Source: Antedon mediterranea (Eukaryota; Animalia; Echinodermata). From it: DNA of 64,000 nucleotides. The stretch spans positions 21,531,365 through 21,595,364 of the forward strand of contig NC_092678.1 in the NCBI RefSeq assembly GCF_964355755.1. The letters run 5' to 3'. The notes under the pieces were generated by a model. The model saw only the letters and a list, made by a program, of their open reading frames with translations. It was not told the origin of the DNA and searched no databases. The translations under genes were made by a program, and so were the position numbers. This document shows positions 1 to 10,989 of the stretch, one piece after another; the first letter of the stretch is position 1, and the number at the start of each line of letters is the position of its first letter.

Positions 1-107
1 TTCCACATTTTTTTCTTGTTGATTTCCTTACAAAATGTTGGTCTCTGGCAAAAGCTCTTATTAAAATCAAACTACAACTAATATGTTAATATTGTGTTAT
101 TTTGTAG

Positions 108-2402
108 TGTTGTAAATGCAGTGGATGAGGTTGCAGAGGAGGAGTCCAATCAAATGGCACCGCAAGTTAGAATTGATGCAGATGGGAAAATAGTTATCGA
201 CAAAGACAGGTAAAGCACACACTAAACTTAACTTACAAAAACAAATTAACTGGTCATTTTTTTTTAATACACTAATCCGATTACTCAATTTGATTGACAG
301 TTTAACGATCGAGGCATCGCCTGCAAGAACTTTTGTGACGGAAAATGCTGAAGTCGTTCATGAGGATCAGTCAAACGTAACCTACGCAAGTTTCAGAAAG
401 CGAACTCACACGTCAGCATGGACAAAAATGGGTAAGTGATCTTTAATGATTCATTCTCGACAATAAAACACATAATTCACACATTTCTTGCCATTATTAA
501 ACTTCCAAAATCCATTTTTTAGAGACTGAAAGGTTCTTCTTGGCGTTGAGCATGGTTGGCACAGACTTCACAATGGTAAATGCACTTTTTCCAAAACGAA
601 CCCGACATCAAATCAAGAACAAGTTTAAACGCGAAGAGCGCATGAACCGAACACGCATTGATAAAGCTATACGTGAGTATTACTACCGAAACCACAAGAA
701 AGTGTCGCTCTAATAAGGATTTCTTCTAAGTATTGGTTCGTTAGATGTAGTGTTGACAAATATATTTCCCTCATTTGTTTCATGAGAAAGTGTCCCCTTA
801 TTTGCCAAGGATTACCTATAGTAAATTAATCACTGTCCTATCGAATAGGGGGTAATCTTTTTGTGAACCAGTTTAACGGAGTAACCCCCAACTCGTCTCA
901 AATTACTATAAACTAGGTTCTTTAAAGTGCCTCAAACCCATGCATACATTGTTCGCATTGTACGGTTAACGGCGCCCCTGCCAATGAAAGGAGCTCTACT
1001 ATGTTTTTATGTGTTATCTAATATAAAAACCCCTTCTTCTTTGTGTCTGCAGTGAAGTATTTTTCATTCAATCATTGTCATTTTGATTAATTTAGGAGAA
1101 AAACAACGTTTGGACAGATCAATGTTTGAGGCGTCAGAGGATTCAGATGAAGAAAGTGTTGTGGGCGTCACGATAACCAAAGGAAAGAAACGAGGTATCA
1201 AATTAGTAACAAACAAATTAAAAGTGATGGACATGTATTTAATACGATAACTGTCTCAATGTGCTGTTGACTACATTTTTAAAATTTTCTTTTTATTAGG
1301 ACCAAAGCAAGCAGCGACTTCAAAAGAAAAACGAGTTGAAGATGAGGAATCCGAGTTCAATGAAAATCTTCTGGATAATAACTCTGATCAGGATGGTAGT
1401 GATGTCGAGGTCACTAACATTCTGGCAAGACCTACACGCTCAGGTCGAATTCCAAAGGTCCGAATTGACTACGCTAACATTGTCGAAGTTGATGATGAAG
1501 AGGAGGAGACTGGTGCAATTGTAAGAGAAATTGGCTCTTCGCCGTTGGTAAATGGAAATGTGCAGAAAACACCAGGTGGGTTGTCACCTGGTAAATCTGG
1601 TCACATGACACCTGCACAAGGCACACCCACAACACCTATGCAAACGGTATATGTTGTTACTCCTTTACAAGGTGGTAAACAGTTTATGATTAGACAGCAT
1701 AATGTACCACAGCCGTCACCGGACAGCATTCAAGCAGCCTTAGCACATCATACAGGAGGCACAACCTCACAGTTTCAAACAGGTGGTCAATCGCCGTTAA
1801 TCCAGCTGCAACATCGTAACTCCCCAGCAACTTCAACTCTACAGCTGAGAATGCCTTCTCCTCAAAATCCAATTAACTCCCCGACGGGATCACACACAGT
1901 TTTGAAACAAAAAGTAGGGAATACCGAAATCATCGTAATGTCGCCAGCAAGAGGAGGTCCTGGCAGTTCAGGGCAAGTTGATTTCAATCATCCCTTGTCA
2001 ACAGGTGTCCAAAACACTCTGCATACTAACAATACACCACCTGTGCACTCGGCCAATCAAAGAACGTTTATCAGAATTCAACCAGGTGACATAAGAATGT
2101 CTCCCAACAACACTGCCATTTCAGTGCAACAACATCAAACTGCCAATAGCCATACAAAACGTAGACCAACCCAAACTTTAGAGGTAGCGCTTAATGAACC
2201 GTTTGTACCACCCTCAATGAAACCAAAATCGTGCCAGAGAGACAGTGCTAACAAAAATCTGCAAAAGGTGATTGTACAGAGTCTACCACAGAGTCTGGAG
2301 TCTGATCCAGAGGTTCTTTTGTTGGATGATGTCAGTCTTGCAGCACAGACAGAGGTCGTGTCAGAGGTCGTGATGGAGGTTGAAGCAGAATGTACCAATT
2401 GA
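108..2402 (+). CDS. BDP1: Transcription factor TFIIIB component B'' homolog (BDP1), 3' part; 5' exons lie upstream of the window
   Basis: GT-AG exons 108-209, 301-431, 523-672, 1096-1194 and 1300-2402 splice in frame. They encode MAPQVRIDADGKIVIDKDSL...TYASFRKRTHTSAWTKMETERFFLALSMVGTDFTMVNALFPKRTRHQIKNKFKREERMNRTRIDKAI, the conserved BDP1 SANT/Myb-like domain. An acidic, then S/P/T/Q-rich tail ends at TGA 2400-2402. Confidence 0.92.
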
Positions 2403-2423
2403 TGACTATTTTTTAGGAGTTAA

Positions 2424-2561
2424 TGCTCGATTCCCACTATGACGCAACACAACGATGTAAACGAAACACAAGTGACCAATCATAAGAGATGGATTATTCA
2501 AACTGGCGTTGTGACTTGCTTGTGTTAATTCTATGTCTTGCATCCTAGTGGGAACCAAGCT
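2424..2561. mobile_element. Short MITE (Harbinger/Tourist-like) in the BDP1 3' UTR
   Basis: Imperfect TIRs GCTCGATTCCCACTA / TAGTGGGAACCAAGC with TAA at the left flank. Related copies lie at about 11197-11339, 13995-14110 and 21625-21673 (shared GACGCAACGCAA, TGATTGGTCAA, TGGGAACC motifs). Confidence 0.6.
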
Positions 2562-3178
2562 TTCTAGCTAGTTATGAATATAAAACTACCTGGTCTGATC
2601 ACTAATAAACTATACGTGTAAAGAGTATATATATGTTGAAGAAAAGTTAATTAATAAGAAATTTGTGACCTAAATTGACAAAAAAAAATTATTATGTTAA
2701 AAGAATTTATAAAATTGAAATAAATTGTTTTATAATTTGTATAGGCATGGTTTATAAAAAGTGTACAAATTGTAATTTATTTGAGAGAACTTATAAATGA
2801 ATTATCTTGGGAGGTATTTTCTCATTTTTTTTTATTTACGATTGAACAATGTGTCGATTTTATTTTCTTTTATATATTAAATATGTGCTGGAATTTGCGA
2901 TCCATCATTCCCGTCCTGCAGCTGTGCGTAATCGTGATTTTGTTCAGTCAAGCATATCAATATCATGTAAATTCATTAATTTTCCATGGTATTTTATTGT
3001 TTTGTCAAACCCTTTCATACTGTAAGGTTACAATATATTCTTGTAAAATCTCATATGAATACTAGTTTTGTTGTTGCTAAGTGTGAAAAGGGCTTAAGAC
3101 TTTCACATAGCATTCCAAAGACTATCTCACTATCTAATTTTCCATTACACGTATTTATATATATATATTTTATAGTCC

Positions 3179-6100
3179 TCAGGATTGGATCATTTGTTTC
3201 TTTGCATCAAATATGTATCGTTTAAAATGAAGGATGATTTTGATTGGCTGATGGTCATCTGGCAATGAAGAAACTTCTTCAGAGTCTGAAAGAATAACAT
3301 AGTTCTAGTTAATAATTTTACATTTGGTGGTCTATAATTTATCACCTGGCTCCCAAAAATTAAGGCGGGTTTCCCACCCCTCACTTATATCCACATGTGG
3401 GTTAATGGTAGTGATTGTGTCGGTTCTCTGTACCGTCATGAATATTCATTACCCCTACATTATACTTTGAAGTAACACCATGAACATTTATTGTTTGCTC
3501 AACCAGGTAACATAGTTAGCTTTTCCCAGGTCAAATATGCCATTTATACCATTTATTCTTTTCAAATACCACTTTTGATATACCTTGTTTTTTCTTTCCT
3601 TTTTTCTTCGATAATATTGATAGCTGTTTTGATGCTTCATCACCCAGTCCACCTAAAGAAATATTGTTTTATTTTAATAGTTTGATATATTAATAGGATC
3701 CAATTTTATTTTATGTCAACTTGAACTCAACCCCCAACCTCTTACTTCCGATCCCATTAACAGAGAGAAGGAATGATCTATAGCAGTAGTATTAACATAC
3801 TCACTTGGTATTCGAACTTTGAACTTTCCACTTTGACCAAATCCTCCTTCAATGACCCCTTCTTCCCCTGTAGATAGATTAACCTTCAGGCCCACAAATA
3901 ACTGAATATTTGTTTCTTTCTTAAACAATGAACGACCTATGACACTATATTCATCAGTCATCTAAAAGTGTATAACAAAAATATATGGTATATAAAAATC
4001 GAATCTCGATTGGGGTTGCTTTTTCTCATTCTCTGTATAATTTTCACTGTTTATAAATGAATTTTATTTTATTTTTTTTATTTCTTCAATTTCTGCCATA
4101 AACATAAGAAGACAAAACAATTATAAAAGGAGGCACGGAAAGACCAAACAGGTGCTAAACACCTAGTTGGTCAACCCAGAAAAGAGAAAAATAAATAAAT
4201 TACGTTCTACAATAAAAGCATCGACAAGAAAGCTACCAACTAACAGAAATATTTAAGTTGCGGATTTCACTGAATTCTTAATGTCATCATTTGGTTCCTT
4301 TATGTATTGGCGGTTTAGACTTCCTTCTATGCCTGTCAAATGTATTTTTATCCAATTCTTTATTATTTAAAAAATATTTCAATCTCACCCTTTCAACAAA
4401 TCCCTCACGACATTTTGTCTTAAAAATCTTCAATTGAGGTAGTACTGTGTCTAGGTAGTTCTGTAATGCAAAAATACATTTTATTTTGATATTTCAAAAT
4501 CATACAATCGTTATATGTATTTACAAGAAATTTATAAATGTAGTCTACTGATTTAATTTGAAATCCCAATCAACATTTGTTTTGTATACTACGTATCATT
4601 TGCTATAGATGATGTGAATTAATATATGCAGTATACAAACGAATAACAATACCTTCTCGGTCATGTGATTAACTAGTCTTCCGTGAAATGCCAAACGGCA
4701 GGTGTTTGAATGTAAAATGTAAAGTTAAGAAAAATAACAAATAAATAAATTAGTATCTCCCCTTATTATGGGGTGCCCTTTGAATACAGGTTGGCTGTAG
4801 TGTTAAAACCTATATTTCCCCTCATTTGTTTCCCCAATGCAATAAAGGATATGAATATCTGTATCAAGTTTTGAACCAATCACAAGACAGGCTTCTGGAC
4901 ATGTGACTGGTTTTTCAAACTCTAACAAAGCCCATTGATGATTGGCTGTCTGTGGTTGATCAAAATCACCTGACTTCTCAGTTTCTTTGTTACATAAAGG
5001 CTTTAATAATTCAGCTTGATAAATAAACTCTTTTGAAAAACTAAATTCTGTAAATAGATTTAAAAATGTATCCAAATTTAAAACTCATATGCAAAATATT
5101 TTGCTTGGTGGTTAACGTCCTTGCCTTCCAATCTAAGGTCGGGGTTCAATCCTGACCTAGTGCCATGGTTGTAACTCAACTCTTTTTAACTCCACTCCCT
5201 AAGGCTCAAATGAGACTTAGTTTATAAGCACGAAAACTTGTAAAATAGTTTATCCATCCTGTAATTTGCGACTTACTTGCTGTTGGAAAACGTACCTGGA
5301 TTGGAGTCCTCTTGATCTGTAAGGCACCGAAAGAAAGTGACCTTTGACATTACCGTATCATGTCCCATCGTTACTGTAATATTGAAATATTTTGTTCATT
5401 ACTGTATTTTGTATGTTGCTGTATTTTTACAGAATTGTAAACTTGATTCTCATTAACAGCTCCTACCATATTTAGGCATATCACTACCATATTTAGGCAT
5501 ATCATGCTTTATACACCACCTAAAGTAACTGGAAAAACTTACCATGAAACTTGGCTTTAGTTGTGCAAGCGCCTTTGAAATAACTAATTTTTTTCACTGA
5601 TATAATTCCAGCTGAAAATAAAGCTTTACTATTAGTAACTTTAAATATATTGTAACAGAGAAAACATCGTTATCAAAAAAGCAAATAGCAATCTATCTGT
5701 TTTTTATTGATCTTTTATTTTCGTCAATCTCACCACATATTGTTGGCAATGTGCCTGGCGTACACACCAGGCCTCGCTCAAGTTGTTTGGGGTCAAACTG
5801 GGTCACACAGATCCCGGCACGGTCACCTTGTGATATGGAGGTTACAGGTTTATGAAACATTTGCATGGATTTTACTTTCTTGTTTACTTTTAGTGCAGGG
5901 ATTTCTACCGTCTGTAAAGCAGAAAACATTTTGTTTTAGTTTTATTTTTATAAATTTCAGTTTCAGTTTTATTTTGTTTTGTCTATCATTGTCACTTTGC
6001 TACTTACATCATTAACTGTCACTTTGCCACTTAGCATTGTCCCCGTCATGACCGTTCCCTGACCTCGTATTGCGAAGCAGTGATCCAAAGAAAATAACAG

Positions 6101-9100
6101 AGGACCCGACGAATCACGGGCTGGAATATATGTTTGATGCTTTAGCTCCTGTATGTCAATGTAATGGAACAGTTTTCAGATTAGGAAATGTTTAATTTAT
6201 TTGTATATTTTAATTTTAGCGAAATTTTTAATTAAGATATTCCCACAAATATGTTGAATCAATACCTCAATAAGTTGATCAATTCCTTCAGAACATTCCT
6301 CTCCCCCATCTGGTCCCCCTGGTTTGGCAGCTACAGCTATCACGGGAGACCCAGGAAAGCATGTACATTCTAGCGTCTTTAACATTCTTTTTGTCATCTA
6401 TAAATTTTTGAGTGTATAGTCAAAGAACTTATAACACAAGAATCTCCTGTTCTTCAATTTGCATTCAAAACACAGTATCGGAAGTACAGGGTTAAAAGGT
6501 CAAACTGGGCGACGCCATTTCACAGCATGGAGTATTAGCAGATCCCCTCTATGATTTTGACTTTCTAATTTGATGCGGGCACCCTACTCCATGGCTCACA
6601 ATGGCGCCACCCATAGCTCTATTCTATCCCACAATGCCTTTCGAAATTGTTACGCGCTTCGGACAAACAGGAGTACATAATTACATAATTACATTAGAAT
6701 TTCTTCTATTAAAGGGACATTTTCCAATGTTTTATCATTATGACACTTTCAGGACACACTAATATGGTTCTACTGTATTTTTCATTTCGGCCAAATGTAA
6801 CAAATTTATTTAGCAGAGTATATCTATTTTATAGAGTGACTGAGAGGTTTAGAAATCTTTTCGTGGAAAACCCAACCCATTTTTTTCAGAAGAGTAACAA
6901 TTTTCCTCTATATCTGATCTTGGAGGCAATTTTACCTGCTTTGATGTTAGAGGGGTAGAAATATTGTGGTACATAAAATCAGAAATTTGATAAAGTAACC
7001 TTATCTATAGTAGCTTGTTTTTTCTGTGCCGGCAACAGATCAACTTTATTCAAAACGACCACCATCTTTTTACACGTTATTTCACCAATAATCAAGCACT
7101 GAAAATAAAAAAATGATAAATTACATTGAGGTTTCAGCCTTGTGAATATGAGTCCCTGGTTCAAATCCATAATAAAATTTATTTTCCAAAACTTTTTTTT
7201 AAAGTAACATTTCATTCTGTACAAAATGGCAAAATCAGAATTCTTTTACTGCAGTAACTACATTTTGTTTAAAGATGTATTGTCCCTTGAAACACAAAAA
7301 ATGAAAAAAATAATATTCTAAATTAAAATGGACCATATCAAAGTAATATTAAAGTTATTCACTTTAAGTCGAAAATTTGAGGCAAAAACAACAAGTTTAC
7401 GTCACGGATGAGAAGGTGTTTTCACACAGATCGCAAGGAAGTTTTATGATTATGCATACAGAGTAGCCAAACAAGCGCGTTGCATTATGAGATATGTTTT
7501 GATCGAAAACTTTGACTGGAAGTCAAAGTTATTTTTTGAACAAAAAAACGTCCGTATTTTGGTTAAATTATTTTTTTTCCAACTAATTTTTTGTGAAAGT
7601 TAATAACTATTATGATACTTAGACCCACTTTTTTTCGAAATTAAAAAAACAAATTTTTTTAAAATTAGTAAAGGGGCAATTAATGTAATGATTGCATTAA
7701 ACGATAAACTTCTATCTACCATTGAAACAAATTCATGCATTGCATTTAAACAGCTGTGTTTATTAATATTACATAAATTATTATTCTTTATTAGGTATTT
7801 GCATGCTAACTCAACATCTTAAGCTCTGTTTACACTATCAAACTTTATGTGATAAATATATGTGATGTGTCCATATATGGACATGATGATATCACTATCA
7901 TATTTAGGCATATCACTACCATATTTAGGCATATCATGCTTTATACACCACCTCTGCAGATTGAGTTTGCATTCCTTTTGTGACATCGATAACAAGCATC
8001 ATTAGGTCAATAATTTGTGCACCTTGAAAAGTGAAAAAAAATGTCATCATTATTATTATTATCTTAATAGGTAAATACAGTTAGTAATAATAATTAAATG
8101 GTGTTAGCACTGGTCCTTGTAACCATGATACTAGATCACATATGGTGGCTATTGACTGTGTACAGTTAGCACTGCATGTTGATGCTTAAAACAATATCAC
8201 TCCTGCATTCCACTAGACCACTATCATGTATATATATACATTTTTTTTTTAGGACAGCTATCGCAACTTTCATTGGTACGCATGAGTAGATTCTCATCAC
8301 TTTTGCTTTCTTCACAAATCTTAAAACGTGGCGCTATCATAAGGTTAGTAATTCTAGTTTTGTTAGTAATAATACTATTAACTAACCTCCAATGATGGTC
8401 CTGATTAGTGAAGCATGTCCAGGGCAGTCAACGAGTGTGAACTGAAGCTTATCATAAGCATTGCCATTTAAATGATCAGGAATCGACACGGAAAATGATG
8501 AAAAACCTTGATATATAAATAACATTAAATATTGAAGTTGTTCCTATATCTAATAGTAATTCTAATCTAACATTAATTACTGTATATGATGCCGTTTGTT
8601 TGTATTGGACAGAGAGTTGTAGTATGTGGTGTATGTACTTTTAAACTAGGAATGTTTTTGGTTAAAGGGACGTGTATTATCGTCTTCTATGTTGAATATT
8701 GTGAATATACTGTACAGTATATTTGTTTAGGCCTATAATAATACGCTGTGGCTAAAGATACGGTACCGTATTCTAACTTCTGTTTACTAAAGATACGGTA
8801 AAATTGCATTACGTCATAACCAGCCAATGGGGTGCTGGTACGTGTGTGACGTCATCGTATAAGGACTTTGTGGATTTTTTTCATATCGCGAAAACCATGG
8901 AGGTATGGCGAAAACAGTGATCAACCGCATTTTCTTTATGCTTTATTTATCGCTATTATCGCCGTCGTGTGTGACAAAAACTAAATGTAGCCTACGTCTG
9001 TTATTATTATTGAAAATCCATGTTGATTTTAATTCTAGAATAGAGAAAACCGTTTTAAAAGAGGCCTAGGCCTACTTACTACGTACTATGTATAACCTCA

Positions 9101-10407
9101 TTATATGAGTTTGTTTGTGTAGGGAAAGCGATGCCAGGCTGTGGCCAGCTGCATATGTGTGCTGTGCGCTGATTTCTGTGACTCGTCAGCCCTGGGGCTA
9201 CACTGCTGTCTAAATCATAGTATTTAAGGGCCCCTTTATTGTCCGCATTTGCTTGTTGTTTATGGTCACCATTGTAAACAAAGTTTTAAAAAAATATAGG
9301 CCTAAATAGGCCATTTTGAATAAAAATAAAACCCTCATCTGCAGCGCACACACATCCACGCAGCCTGGCGCCGCCGATAGGAATTCTCTACATATACAAC
9401 CAAACAACAGACGCGATATGAAAAAAAATCCAAAGTCCTTATACGATGACGTCACACACGTACCAGCACCCCATTGGCTGATTATGACGTAATGCAATTT
9501 TACCGTACCTTTAGTAAACAGAAGTTAGAATACGGTACCGTATCTTTAGCCACGGCGATAATAATAAAGCAGTAAAATTGTCGTATTCGAGTGGACCGTT
9601 GAGTACTTCCTTAACAAAGTATTTTGAGCGTTGAGATTGTTCTTAACGAAAAAGCTTTCGTTGTCAACGTTTTCTATTCGAATGACTTTCTGTTGAGCAC
9701 AAATTTACAATTCGAATACAAAAAGTACTCAACGAATCTTTACGTTGACAACGAAAGTTCCCAATCAAATACGACAAATGACTCACCTAGATCTAAAGTT
9801 ATGCCACGTTCTTTACTCTGTGGGTTTTTATCAAAACTGGCAGTTGATGCTGTTGTACTTAGTGCTTTTGCTATTTAAAGAATACAAAGTAATAAACTAT
9901 TTAAAATAGGCCTATTATTAAAGGCCTACTTCTACTACTAGTAGCCTCAGTCAGGCTCGGCCCTAAACCTCTTTTTAGGCCTCTAACTCTAATAAGGCTA
10001 GGCCTAGCCCTTTTTTCTTATTAAAATGCCTAGCTAGCTAGAATCTTATGAAATGTACAGTATAGTATAAGTAGCCTATACACAATTATGCAGCTACGGT
10101 GTAGCATTTAAAAGTTAAATGTTGTTAGATAAATTCGGCTAGGCCTACGTTAGTCATTCAGAACCACCACAGCAGTCATTCAGTCCTGGTGCGTCAGTCG
10201 TGTCGTGATTGCAGATTCGAAGGCCTAGCAAATAAGTTGGCTTAGCCTAGCCATGCAATTAGTAACTCATTGATTATGGAGTATATATATTATGATGACA
10301 ACGGTTTATGAAGACAAATAATTACCAAGAGAAGTTTTCCCACTGTCAATGTGGCCCAAAACTCCAACATTAAAATTCAGCACTGAATTTTCCGTGGCGG
10401 CTGCCAT
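3179..10407 (-). CDS. EEFSEC: Selenocysteine-specific elongation factor eEFSec, complete, 16 exons, about 570 aa
   Basis: Exons (- strand): 10407-10326, 9870-9787, 8506-8387, 8022-7952, 7098-7000, 6397-6266, 6148-6008, 5911-5734, 5611-5543, 5373-5296, 5047-4853, 4711-4653, 4460-4389, 3961-3805, 3652-3584, 3285-3179. Total 1713 nt with an open frame. GTPase motifs NVGVLGHIDSGKTSL, ERGITLDLGF, VDCPGH and LNKVD are present. eEFSec hallmarks: DHCFAIRGQGTVMTGT, SMQMF, GDRAGICVTQFDP, GSKLDTDIHSNTCRLAFHG, GGFGQSGKFKV, LHFKRYIFD. Confidence 0.96.
4712..4852 (-). other. U12-type (minor spliceosome) AT-AC intron in EEFSEC
   Basis: 5' end ATATCCTTT (4852-4844), branch site TTTTTCTTAAC (4734-4724), terminal AC (4713-4712). 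Removing it restores the conserved D-I-H-S-N-T-C-R-L-A-F-H-G. Confidence 0.92.
5103..5220 (+). mobile_element. Degenerate tRNA-derived SINE fragment
   Basis: GCTTGGTGGTTAA (A-box-like) and GGGGTTCAATCC (B-box-like), followed by a non-tRNA body. The head resembles the element at 19270-19332. Confidence 0.5.
7273..7680. mobile_element. Possible decayed Kolobok-like non-autonomous element
   Basis: Starts TTAA|AGATGTATTGTCCC. The right end has only a partial inverted match (GGGGCAAT) and no clean second TTAA target duplication. Confidence 0.3.
7822..7935. mobile_element. Dispersed MITE family (AGCTCTGTCTACACTATCAAACT termini), truncated copy
   Basis: Left terminus TTA|AGCTCTGTTTACACTATCAAACT. 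Internal repeats ACCATATTTAGGCATATCA are shared with the copy at 32643 and, more loosely, those at 28866 and 59204. Confidence 0.7.
8744..9557. mobile_element. Non-autonomous Mutator/MULE-like DNA transposon (814 bp) in EEFSEC intron 2
   Basis: Near-perfect TIRs of about 147 bp (CGCTGTGGCTAAAGATACGGTACC... 8744-8890 versus 9412-9557). Flanked by an exact 9-bp direct repeat ATAATAATA (8735-8743 and 9558-9566). No transposase ORF. Confidence 0.88.
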
Positions 10408-10470
10408 CTTGAAAAGTGTTGTCGGTAGCACCCTCAATTGTTCATCTTAGGAGAAAGGGAATTTCCCTAT
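10398..10470 (-). promoter_or_regulatory. EEFSEC proximal promoter/start region
   Basis: YY1-like CAAGATGGCAGCC overlaps the ATG. A consensus NF-kB-type site GGGAATTTCC lies at 10457-10466. Motif matches only. Confidence 0.4.
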
Positions 10471-10989
10471 TGCATCATCCAATAATCTGTCATCGTCACA
10501 CGTTGATTTAATTTATTTTGACATGGCGCCTCATATTTGGCCTACAGGCTTGTTCCGTTAATGTTTGTATTGTTCAATTGTGAGTGAAATACCAGGGAAG
10601 AGTTACTCTTCCCTGGAAATACGAAATAAATTGAAATGAATTGTCATGTAATCTGTCATCAACATCAAGAAATCATACCTGAATATATAGATTAATAAAA
10701 ATAATTTATTAGGCAGCTTACAACTTGTGTCTAGCCTATACACCGAATATTACAATTATTACCCCTCCTATCATTTAAGTTTGTAGCCTATATCGTTCTG
10801 AAGAATCCTTACCGGCTTAGCTGGTCCGTCTAAATAATATTACTCTTTTAACTGGATACAGCAGTTAGAGGAGGCATAAAGCATGCATACAGTATACGTG
10901 CAGTAAAACGCATCATCGTATCATTTTCATCTCTTATTGAACATCAGTATCAGTGTCTGTATCCATCCGTTTCTCTATACCATGGTCTT

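Noticed and set aside
2880-3120. SECIS element in the EEFSEC 3' UTR
   Set aside because: Several AUGA...AA candidates were inspected on the - strand; none had both a good helix II and the 3' GA of the quartet. Needs SECISearch3 to be final.
10522-10560. ATGGCG start of a divergent gene upstream of EEFSEC
   Set aside because: The ORF closes after 12 codons with no donor; more likely a YY1-like promoter motif.
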